A stretch of 64,000 nucleotides of DNA from Octopus vulgaris. Taxonomy: Eukaryota. Position numbers and translations under genes: made by a program. Shown here one piece after another: positions 53,718 through 64,000 of this stretch (its first letter is position 1; every line of letters starts with the position of its first letter). Below the pieces are notes generated by a model. It was not told the DNA's origin. It did no database searches and worked only from the letters and a program-made list of their open reading frames with translations. The DNA is taken from the NCBI GenBank assembly GCA_951406725.2, contig OX597836.1:39432001-39496000 (forward strand). The letters are read 5' to 3'.

Positions 53718-53950
53718 AAGGCGGCGAGCTGGCAGAACCGTTAGCACGCCGGGCGAAATGCGTAGCAGTATTTCGTCTGCCGTTACGTTCTGGGTTCAAA
53801 TTCCGCCGAGGTCGACTTTGCCTTTCATCCTTTCTGGGTCGATAAATTAAGTACCAGTTACGCACTGGGGTCGATGTAATCGACTTAATCCGTTTGTCTG
53901 TCCTTGTTTGTCCCCTCTGTGTTTAGCCCCTTGTGGGTAGTAAAGAAATA
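53718..53950 (+). mobile_element. SINE family B monomer
   Basis: Matches 27941-28172. Confidence 0.85.
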
Positions 53951-54211
53951 AATATCTTGGTTGTTCTTTGGGCTAGTTCTACTGCTGCTTGTTTGTTTGT
54001 TTGTTTGTTGAGTGAAGCGGTCTTCATCCCAGGAGTCCAAAACGTGGTCCTTTGCTATTCGTAAAACCCGCAGAAGATAAAGCAGGTCAACCCCCAACAC
54101 TGAGAGCATCGACGGATGGATGAACGTGCATCCAGGTTCAGCGTTTGCGTAGGAAGTTGGGGACAAGAAACAGGAAGAAAGGGAGAAAGTTGGGGTGAAA
54201 GAGTACAACAG

Positions 54212-54615
54212 GGGCTGTGTAGTAAGGAGCTTGTGTCTCAACCATATGGTTCCAGGTTCAGTCCCCCTATATGGCACCTTGGACAAGTGTCACAACAGCC
54301 TTGTGAGTGGATTTGGTAAATGGAAACTGAAAGAAGCCCGTCATATAAATATACATACATATACATATATATATATATACATATATATATACATATGTAT
54401 ATCTTTGTGTGTTTGTGTCTGTGTGTCCTCTCCCCCATCGTTTGACAATCAACATTGGTGTGTTAATGTTCCTGCAACTTAGCAGTTCAGCAAAAAAGAC
54501 TTGTAGAATAAGCACTAAGTTTACAAAGCATAAGTCCTGGGGTTGATTTGTTTGACTAAAACCCCTTGAGGTGGTGCTCCAGCATGGCCACAGTCAAACG
54601 ACAGAAACAAGTAGA
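54212..54615 (+). mobile_element. SINE family A copy (diverged)
   Basis: Similarity to 1817-2218. Confidence 0.75.
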
Positions 54616-54885
54616 AGAATTACAAAAAGCATTTACCAGAATCTTAATTCCCAGTATTTCGCCCCTTTTCTCTGCAATATATCGTTGCTAATCATAAATA
54701 GAACCCACAGTTAAAGTCCAAAATGCTGTTTACTTGAGACCCCTGGGTGAAATTAATAACTGCTGATATAAAACAAAGCAACAACAACAATGAAAATAAT
54801 AATGGTTTCAAATTTTGCCACAAGGGCAGCCATTTCAGGGAAGGAGATAAGTTGATTACACTGACCCCAGTTTTTCACTGGTACT

Positions 54886-55402
54886 TACCGTAAATCCTCG
54901 AGTACAGTCTGTCCTTGAGTATAATACACAGGGGATTTTTAGGGGGTTGTACCTCTGAAAAACCAAAACCTTGTGTATAATACATACCCCTTCTCTAACT
55001 TGAGTCATGCGTAATTAAGCCAGCAGCACCTAGTCGAACAAACACTTCTGCACATGTGTAAATCAATAATGGTGATGTTCTTAACTGTTATATGGGAATG
55101 TAAATGTGTTTGCAAATTGGTTTTGTTACATGTTATTCTGTGTTCTAAATACTTTTATTATAATAAATGCTGCTTACTGCAAGTTATAGATGATTTTTCA
55201 TTGCTTTCAGGCTTAGGTTAAGGTATTTTCTCGCCCGACATCACAAAATGCGTTTGAATAAACATTGCCGGACAGCATATAAAGACTCGGACATTGCTTA
55301 CAAGACATTTTTCCTTTTTAACGTCGTATATAGTATGCACTAGGGATTTTGACCTTTAAATTTTGGGAAAAAAGTGCAGATTATACTTGATGATTTACAG
55401 TA
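54886..55402. mobile_element. pogo-derived MITE, opposite orientation, inserted in a SINE remnant
   Basis: taccgtaaatcctcgagta ... ttatacttgatgatttacagta. Same body as 37318-37838. Confidence 0.8.
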
Positions 55403-56004
55403 ATTTATCAACCCCGAAAGGATGAAAGGCAAAGTTGACCTCACTCGGATTTGAACTCAGAACGTAATGACAGGCAAAAACACCAGTAAACATTTTGGCT
55501 AGCATGCTAATGATTCTGCCAGCTCACTACCTTAACGATAAAAATAGAAAGAATAATAACAACAACACAAATAGAAGCAAAGTATTTTTCTTTTTCTTTC
55601 ATTATTTTAAAAATGACCACAAAATTAGTTAGAGAAATAAATTAACATAAAAATAATATTTATGGCACCATAAAGGTGTTGGCACTCTAAAAACATACAA
55701 TATATGATACAGGTGATACCAAAAAAATAGGCTATAGCACCAGATATGATATCCATCTATAACCACTGTCTACTTAGTGGTTATGTATGCAACAAAACCA
55801 TATATGGGTCTGACACCGTATATAACACTATATACATATATATAAGTATATATATATATATATATATATATACTTCCACACATACAAACATAATCTGTAC
55901 ATACATGCATACATATATTTATATATATACATATACATAAACATGTGTGTATGTGTATATATATATATATACATGTATAAATTTATATGTATGTATATAT
56001 ATTT

Positions 56005-56055
<51 letters not shown>

Positions 56056-56066
56056 TATACACATAT

Positions 56067-56371
56067 AACAATTGCATCGTGGAAGGTGTTTATAAGCCAT
56101 TTAAGGAACACACAAAACTGTTAGATTCATTTCAACATTTAAATTTAATTTGTCAAAATATTTTCGCTGCTTTGAGACCGTGACCTGTACACTGATAAAA
56201 TTCCGTGTTCATGGACAAAATTCCGTGAAGCATGGAATTTTGTCAATGAACATGTCACGGTCTCAAAGCGACGAAAATATTTTGACAAATTAAATTTAAA
56301 TGTTGAAATGAAACTAAGGGATTTTGTGTGTTTCTTAAATGGCTTATAAACACCATCCATGCTGCAATTGT
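56067..56371. repeat. Long imperfect inverted repeat (fold-back element), arms about 115 bp
   Basis: ggtgtttataagccatttaag..tttcaacatttaaatttaatttgtcaaaatattttcg..tttgagaccgtgac is mirrored at about 56255-56371. Confidence 0.85.
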
Positions 56372-56434
56372 TTTCATTCCAGCACATGAGCTCAGATCAA
56401 GTCACTTGCTATGCAAGTACATCTCCGAAATATA

Positions 56435-56477
<43 letters not shown>

Positions 56478-56989
56478 ACACTCTCTCTCACACACTCACA
56501 CACACACACATACACACACACACATATATATATATACATACAATGTATAACTGGAATTTTTAGTGCTATGTGTTTGATAGGGTATCAGATGGGATGCAGT
56601 ACAACAGCAGAATGCATTATCATAACGATTCCACTCGTTTATGGTACATATGGTACAAAAAGCTCCCACAACACCGTGAATGGTGCCAGCCTTCACAGCG
56701 TGATGGCATTCTCTTCTACAGGTGAAATTTTTACAAGTCATTTTGCTACCAAAACAGTTGCAATACTGACATAGAATAACCAATTAAACTTCGGTCATTC
56801 AATATCAGGAAGAATAAAAAAAAAAATAGAAAAGAAAATAGTTTATAAATTATAGATGATATTCATAGTCACAAAAACAATAACAAAAAAATGGAATGGT
56901 GCGTGATTCCTTGAATAATCTTTGAATTTCTGAAACAAGGTCATTCTTATTCTTGGTCTCTTCACAGCTGTTTTTCTCTTAATGATGGC

Positions 56990-57038
<49 letters not shown>

Positions 57039-57166
57039 TAGTTTTATTTTTATAGCGTGCTTTCACTTCACTACCGATTGCAGCTCTGTGTGCCTTGGGT
57101 ATGTGCTGTGATTTGTTGTGATGCTCTGATGGTTACTGTATTGAAAGTGTTTTATAATTATTATTA

Positions 57167-57210
<44 letters not shown>

Positions 57211-57346
57211 GTTATTATTATTATTCAGTAGTTTTATTTTTATAGTGTGCTTTCACTTCACTACCGATTACAGCTCTGTGTGCCTTGGGTATGTGCTGTG
57301 ATTTATTGTGATGCTCTGATGGTTACTGTATTGAAAGTGTTTTATA

Positions 57347-57391
<45 letters not shown>

Positions 57392-57588
57392 GTTATTTTA
57401 TGTTTGACTTTTGCTTTACATTTGTACAAGTTGGCTCCAAGTCTCACCCAGAGACCTCAAGAGACAACAAGTTGGAAGTTCATGTTGGTGTTATACCTAG
57501 GGTGTCATATATTTGGTTTTGTACATAGTGTTGTTCTAGAGAATGTTTAAGAAACCATAAGAAAATTATGTTTGTTTTAAAACCTGAG

Positions 57589-57620
<32 letters not shown>

Positions 57621-57871
57621 CATTATTATTACGGTCATTATTGTTATTTCACTTACGAGCAAGAGATGAGACTGTTGGAAAAAATTCCTGAAGTCAGGCT
57701 ACAACAAGTAATCTTGAAACCTGATATAAGGAATTATCATTATTATTATTATTATTATTATTATTAGTAGTAGTAGTAGTAGTATTATAATTATCGTTAT
57801 CATCATTACTATTATCATTATAATTATTATTCATTATTTTTACTCATTTAGCCAATCATTATGCAGTTTCT

Positions 57872-57913
<42 letters not shown>

Positions 57914-58186
57914 ATTTCGACCAAGTTGAAGCCTGACATAGTAGGCCAATTATATGTGGCAGCTATATCCATCCTACCTTTCATTCAGACATAGTGTATC
58001 TAGGGCTACATTATCCAATGTGCGTCATCTGCTTTTTTTTTTCTTTTATGCTGAATACAGTAGGATATGATTTGAGGACGTTAGCTGCTATTTCAGCCAG
58101 GTCAGTGCGACCAGGGACTGCTGTCCCCTTCACTGACCCTTATAAAGGCTCTCACATTGACTTCTTGTTGATGTTGTTGTAGCTGT

Positions 58187-58341
58187 TTATGGATTTTCAG
58201 TTGTTTCTTCCTTCTTTTGACAATGGGATCTCCAGAACATCACAGCAGGAACTAACATAACAAGGGATGCCGATATCAAACTTATCATACTACTGAGAAA
58301 TAACGACAACTGGTAATTGTTTGATATGTCAGCGATTTTAC
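58187..58341 (-). CDS. SLC16 / MCT-like MFS transporter, terminal exon (GKIADISNNYQ...TENP*)
   Basis: Acceptor TAATTGCAG|, phase 1, G-x-I-x-D-x-x-x-x-Y motif then the last TM helix and a TAA stop. Confidence 0.88.
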
Positions 58342-58490
58342 CTGCAATTAACAAAACATAATAACCAATTAAAAAAAAAATATATAAAGGCACATAAAAC
58401 ATTATAAAACAACAAGTAACAGGTGTACTAGTAATCAGTACTGAAACAAAATATTAATTAGTACAAATGTATGTGTGTGAAGGGTACCCT

Positions 58491-58725
58491 CAGGCAGCGA
58501 GCTGGCAGAAACGTTAGCACGCCGGGCGAAATGCTTACCGGTATTTTGCCTACTGCTATGTTCTGAGTTCAAATTCCGCCGAGGTCGACTTTGCCTTTCA
58601 TCCTTTCAGGGTCGATTAAATAAGTACCAGTAACGCATTGGGGTCGATATAATCGATTTAATTCGTCTGTCTGTCCTTGTTTGTCCCCTCTGTGTTTAGC
58701 CCCTTGTGGGTAGTAAAGAAATAGG
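58491..58725 (+). mobile_element. SINE family B monomer
   Basis: Matches 27941-28172. Confidence 0.85.
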
Positions 58726-58958
58726 TACCCTTTGTAATGCTGACCACTTAGCAGAATGTACTGGGTGCTTTTATGTGGTACCAGCACCAGGGAGGTCACC
58801 AAGTACCTCTGCAAGATAAGATCCTTCAAGTGAGGTGGGTAAAGACTAATGGAAATAGAAACTATGATAAAAGAAGGGCTGCTGTTTTGCTGAATGGATG
58901 AACACATGGCTTGCCCATCTGGAAAGTGAGAGAGATGTTCAGGTACAATGTGAATATG

Positions 58959-59370
58959 AGCGTAGGAGTTGCTGTGTGGTAAGTAGCTTGCTTACCAACC
59001 ACATGGTTCCGTGTTCAGTCCCACTGCATAGTACCTCGGGCAAGTGTCTCCTACTATAGCCTAGGGCCGACCATAGCCTTGTGAGTGGATTTGGTAGACA
59101 GAAACTGAAAGAAGCTCGTCATATATATGTATATATATGTGTGTGTATGTGTGTGTATGTATGTTTGTGTGTCTGTGTTTGTCCCCCTAACATCGCTCAA
59201 CAACCGATGGTGGTATGCTTACGTCCCCATAACTTAGCGGTTCGGCAAAACAGACTGATAGAATAAGTACTAGGCTTACAAAGAATAAGTCTTGGGGGTC
59301 GATTTGCTTGACTAAAAGACAGTGCTCCAGCATGGCCACAGTCAAATGACTGAAACAAGTAAAAGAGTAA
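58959..59370 (+). mobile_element. SINE family A copy (in SLC16 intron)
   Basis: Similarity to 1817-2218. Confidence 0.8.
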
Positions 59371-59666
59371 AGATTAAAGAATAATGAGGTAGAATACGAT
59401 AGAAAAGCAGAAAAGGTAGAGTGAAAAAAGTATGACAGATGATTAGGGATAGGGAATGAGCTGGACTGTGGATATCAGTTCAGAGTAGGGAGAAGGGAAG
59501 AAAATGGGGGTAGCATAGAAGATTGATGAAAGAGTAGGTGACAGAAGATGTATTGTGGGGTCAGGCTCAACAGAACCTCAATTCTGCAGACATGATTATG
59601 AAAAGCAGAGAAACTGATAGAGTATGACAAATGCAAAATTAGAGGGAAGAGAGGAAGAAGAGGTCA

Positions 59667-60190
59667 TCATCATCATCATCATCATCGTTTAACATCCGCT
59701 TTCCATGCTAGCATGGGTTGGACGTATGACTGAAGGCTGGCGAACCAGATGGCTGCACCAGGCTCCAGTCTTGATCTGGCAGAGCTTCTACAGCTGGATG
59801 CCCTTCCTAACACCAACCTATTTCTTTATTACCCACAAGGGGCTAAACATAGAGGGGACAAACAAGGACAGACATTGGTATTAAGTCGATTAAATTGACC
59901 CCAGTACGTAACTGGTACTTAATTTATCGACCCCGAAAGGATGAAAGGCAAAGTCGACCTCGGCGGAATTTGAACTCACAACGTAACGACAGACGAAATA
60001 CGGCTATGCATTTCGCCCGGCGCGCTAACGTCTCTGCCAGCTCACCGCCCTAACCTAACACCAACCACTCCGAGAGTGTAGTGGGTGCTTTTATGTGCCA
60101 CCAGCATGAGGTCAGTCAGGCGGCACTGGCAACGACCTCACTCGAATCTTTTACACATGCCACCGGCACAGGTGCCAGTAAGGCGATGCT
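59667..60190 (-). mobile_element. Family C SINE-like element with a nested family B SINE (59819-60053)
   Basis: Nested copy flanked by 13-bp TSD cctaacaccaacc. Confidence 0.8.
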
Positions 60191-60297
60191 ATAAAAGAAA
60201 AACAAAAAGTCAGAAAGGATCTTAGGAAGAATGAAAGAGAGGAAAAAAGGGCACAGAGACAATAGAGAGAAGTAAAAAAGATAAGAAGGTAACTAAC

Positions 60298-61086
60298 CTG
60301 CCAAGGGTCCACTTATCACTTCTCCAAATCCAGTCATTGTCGTGGTCAGTCCTAAACCAGATGCGTATCGCTCAATTCCGACTAAACCCATGATAATAGC
60401 TGGCGTCATACAGTTCCTAGTTCCTCCGCTCATTCCAATGATAACATTGCCGAGAACAAAGTATGAGTAGTTAATGCTATAGGAGAGGATTAACAGGCCA
60501 CAACCTTGAGATAATCCTGTGAAACAAAGCATTGATATGTTGGAGATACATTTTGTCCTGTGAATTATGGCTGAAATGCTCCGTGAACACAACGCTGACA
60601 ATGCGCGCAGTGTAAGTACAAAAACAGTTCGATTTAGTCCAAACCCTCTGCCTACACCAACGTCAACCATCACTGTGGTGGCGCCACTGTACGATGAATT
60701 CAGGAAAGTCAACAACACCATGAAAACTAAATACATTTTCTCATTGAATACAGATAAATGGAAAAATTTCTTGGGTTTCTTTTCAGGTTTGGTAGAGTCC
60801 ACTTCTGATGAGGTGTCTTCGACATCTTGCGGTATTGGAGGCAGCTTCTTCTTGTCTGGACTCATAACAATACAGAAGGCACAGATATGTAAGTTAACTG
60901 CTGAAAGTAGCAACAATGATGAGCGCCATCCATAGATGTCCATCAAAAACTTGATAATAATGGGCATAGTCATGGCAGCAAGAGGTCGTGCCATCGTGAT
61001 GACGATGGATAAATTGCTGATTTTCTTACCAAAGATATCACCAAGGGCAACAAATGTACCAACATTGATGAAGGAATATCCAGTTC
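60298..61086 (-). CDS. SLC16 / MCT-like MFS transporter, large central exon (about TM4-TM11)
   Basis: Acceptor CTCTCTACCAG|, donor |GTTAGT, 789 nt open frame. YGWR motif, LVGxERY..GLG, GP LAG and multiple hydrophobic helices. Confidence 0.92.
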
Positions 61087-61212
61087 CTGGTAGAGAGAAG
61101 GAAAACAAAAAGAGAGATAGAGTGAGAGAGGAGTTTGAAAGAAAGAGAGATGAAAACCAAGAAAAATAAATACATAAATGAAAAAATATATACCCTCTCT
61201 TTCTCTTTTACT

Positions 61213-61283
<71 letters not shown>

Positions 61284-61503
61284 ATTTAATAAATATATGC
61301 ATACATATATGTACGTACCTACATCTACATGTATATATACATGCATATATATATATATATAGGAGTACAGGACGCCACAAATAGATGTAGAACTCAACGA
61401 GAAATGAAAACATAAAAACAAACATGGAAACGGACTTTTTTTTTAACAACGAAAAAACAGAGTACAAGGCAAACAATACAAGGAATATATATATATATAT
61501 ATA

Positions 61504-61901
61504 CTCTTTTTACTTGTTTCAGTCATTTGACTGCGGCCATGCCGGAGCACCACCTTTAGTCGAGCAAATCGACCCCATGACTTATTCTTTGTAAGCCTAG
61601 TACATATTCTATCAGTCTCACTTGCCGAACTGCCAAGTTACGGGGATGTAAACACACCAGCATCGGTTGTCAAGTGATGTTGGTGGGACAAACACAGACA
61701 CACAAACATATATACACACACATATATATGCATATATACGACAGGCTTCTTTCAGTTTCCGTCTACCAAATCCACTCACAAGGCTTTGGTCGGCCCGAGG
61801 CTATAATAGTAGACACTTGTCCAAGGTGCCACGCAGTGGAACTGAACCCGGAACCATGTGGTTGGTAAGCAAACTACTTACCACACAGCCACTCCTGCGC
61901 C
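61504..61901 (-). mobile_element. SINE family A copy (in SLC16 intron)
   Basis: Reverse copy of 1817-2218. Confidence 0.85.
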
Positions 61902-62200
61902 TAAAATAAAATTTACTTATAAAATACATTCTTAAGAAAATATATGAATTAATAAATCTAAAACCCAAAATAAAAATGAATAAAAATAAAGATATTTTTT
62001 ATCTTTTACTTGTGTGAGTTATTGGACTGAGGTCATGCTGGAGTACAACCTTGAAGGCTTAAAGTGAAACAACTTGACACCAGCACTTACGTTTTAGGTC
62101 TGGTACTTGTATCAATCTCTTTTGCTAAACTGCTACGTTATGGAGACAGAAACAAACCAACACTGGTTGTCAAGTGGTGTGTGTGTGGTGGCGTTGAATA

Positions 62201-62253
<53 letters not shown>

Positions 62254-62472
62254 GTGTGTGTGCACACAACAGGCTTTCACACAGTTTCTGTCTACCAAAT
62301 ATGTGTGTGTGTGTGTGAGTGTTTGTGATTGCATGTGTATATATTTGAGACTTTTTTGTGTATATATATATATATATTTGTATGTATTTGTATGTATAGA
62401 TATTTGCATGAGTGTATATACATATTTGCATTTGTCTCTGTGGTTGTGTGTATATATTTGTGTCTTTGTGCT

Positions 62473-62521
<49 letters not shown>

Positions 62522-62635
62522 AAAGGTTAAATTTATAAATAAATCATTTATAAATTTAACCTTTAAAGGTAATTTTTGATATGCTGGCCATTGATAAGAT
62601 TTTTTTCTCGATAGAGAAATTTTATCCTACATTAG

Positions 62636-62681
<46 letters not shown>

Positions 62682-62872
62682 GGGGTGGGGATTTAGGTAA
62701 TCAGGAAACAAGAAGAATTTTAAAGGCTTAAATGATCATTGAAAATAGATTAGAAGGTACAATCAAATGTCTTTAGTCTTTAAGGTCAAGATCAATCTGT
62801 ACATTATATATAACTGAAGCATGTATCATCATCATCATCATCATCATTATTGCTGGATTTTGAAAACAATGT

Positions 62873-63175
62873 AGGTTCCGGGTTTAGTCCCAGTGCGTGT
62901 CACCTTGGGTAAGTGTCTTCTACTATAGCCTCGGGCCGACTAAAGCCTTGTGAGTGGATTTGGTAGACGGAAACTGAAAGAAGCCTGTCGTATATATGTA
63001 TATATATATATATATATGTGTGTGTATGTGTATATGTTTGTGTCTGTGTTTGTCCCCCCAACATCGCTTCACAACCGATGCTGGTGTGTTTACGTCCCCG
63101 TAACTTAGCGGTTCGGCAAAAGAGACCGATAGAATAAGTACTCGGCTTACAAAAGAATAAGTCCCGGGGTCGAGT
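62873..63175 (+). mobile_element. SINE family A copy, partial
   Basis: Similarity to 1860-2160. Confidence 0.8.
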
Positions 63176-63211
63176 TGCCACTCCTGCGCCTATGCTAACA
63201 ATATGTTAACA

Positions 63212-63582
63212 CCATCCAAGCGTGATCGTTGCCAGAGCAGCCAACTGGCTTCCATACCCGGGGCACGTAAAAGGGCACCATTTGAGCGTGATCGTTACCA
63301 GCATCGCCTTACTGGCACCTGTGCTGGTGGCATGTGTAAAAAGATTTGAGCGAGGTCATTGCCAGTACTGCCTGACTGGCCCCCGTGCCGGTGGCATGTA
63401 AAAAGCACCCACTACACTCTCGGAGTGGTTGGCGTTAGGAAGGGCATCCAGCTGTAGAAACTCTGCCAGATCAAGATTGGAGCCTGCTATGGCCGTCTGG
63501 TTCGCCAGCCCTCAGTCAAAATCGTCCAACCCATGCTAGCATGGAAGGCGGACGTTAAACGATGACGATGATGATGATGATA
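63212..63582 (+). mobile_element. Family C SINE-like element
   Basis: Same domain and tail as 48760-49406. Confidence 0.75.
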
Positions 63583-63711
63583 TGTTTACACTACATGTTC
63601 ATACAACATGTTTGCACTACATTAACTTGTATGTCAGAAAACACAGTAAAAACACCTGAGGTTATGTTAGATGTATATTCACCATTGAGATAACATTGAG
63701 ATAATAATTAC

Positions 63712-63855
63712 CTGTTATTGCTCCTAAAGTAATACAAAGAACAATCACATTGGGTGCAAAACAACTTGAAAATATCCCTGAAGAGGTGAACACTGAGCCA
63801 AGAAATATTGTCCATTTGGCACCAATTCGGTTAACTATTAAACCAGCCAAGATTC
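63712..63855 (-). CDS. SLC16 / monocarboxylate-transporter-like MFS protein, internal exon (GILAGLIVNRIGAK...LGAITG); upstream exon lies beyond the right edge
   Basis: Acceptor TTTTTCAG|, donor |GTAATT, 144 nt, phase 1-1 (same size and phase as the equivalent exon in vertebrate SLC16 genes). MFS motif A-like GLIVNRIGAK. Confidence 0.88.
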
Positions 63856-64000
63856 CTGAAAAAGCAGAAATGAAAACTCAGCACAGAGATATGACGAGAC
63901 AATAAGATAACTGATATTATTGTTGTTTTTTTTTTTTGGTGGGTGGGGATGGGGGATGTTGAATCTTGAAGCAGATTAGCTATAAAGAGAAATATGTAAA

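Overview
Very AT-rich, microsatellite-saturated animal genomic DNA. The SINE repertoire and repeat density point to an octopod cephalopod (Octopus sp.); this is an inference. Most ORFs in the supplied track are simple-repeat artefacts. Two spliced protein-coding genes, both on the minus strand, can be assembled by hand with consistent GT-AG sites and reading phases. (1) A 7-exon partial gene (12011->827, continuing beyond the left edge) encodes an unnamed N-terminal beta-rich domain followed by divergent cadherin-like repeats. (2) The last three exons of an SLC16/MCT-like MFS transporter lie at 63855->58187. The rest is transposon-derived: four abundant SINE families, a 5'-truncated Penelope-like element (RT + GIY-YIG), (TAA)n-embedded RLE-type non-LTR fragments, other LINE remnants, Tc1/mariner, pogo, MITE and Helitron-like elements. 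The most interesting signals are: several minimal type-I hammerhead ribozyme motifs in short (TA)n-embedded non-coding elements, one with a compensatory U3-A8 core; a TSD-flanked chimeric insertion of an exact tRNA-Tyr 5' exon fused to a SINE concatemer; head-to-tail SINE multimers with a recurrent junction; and several long palindromes.
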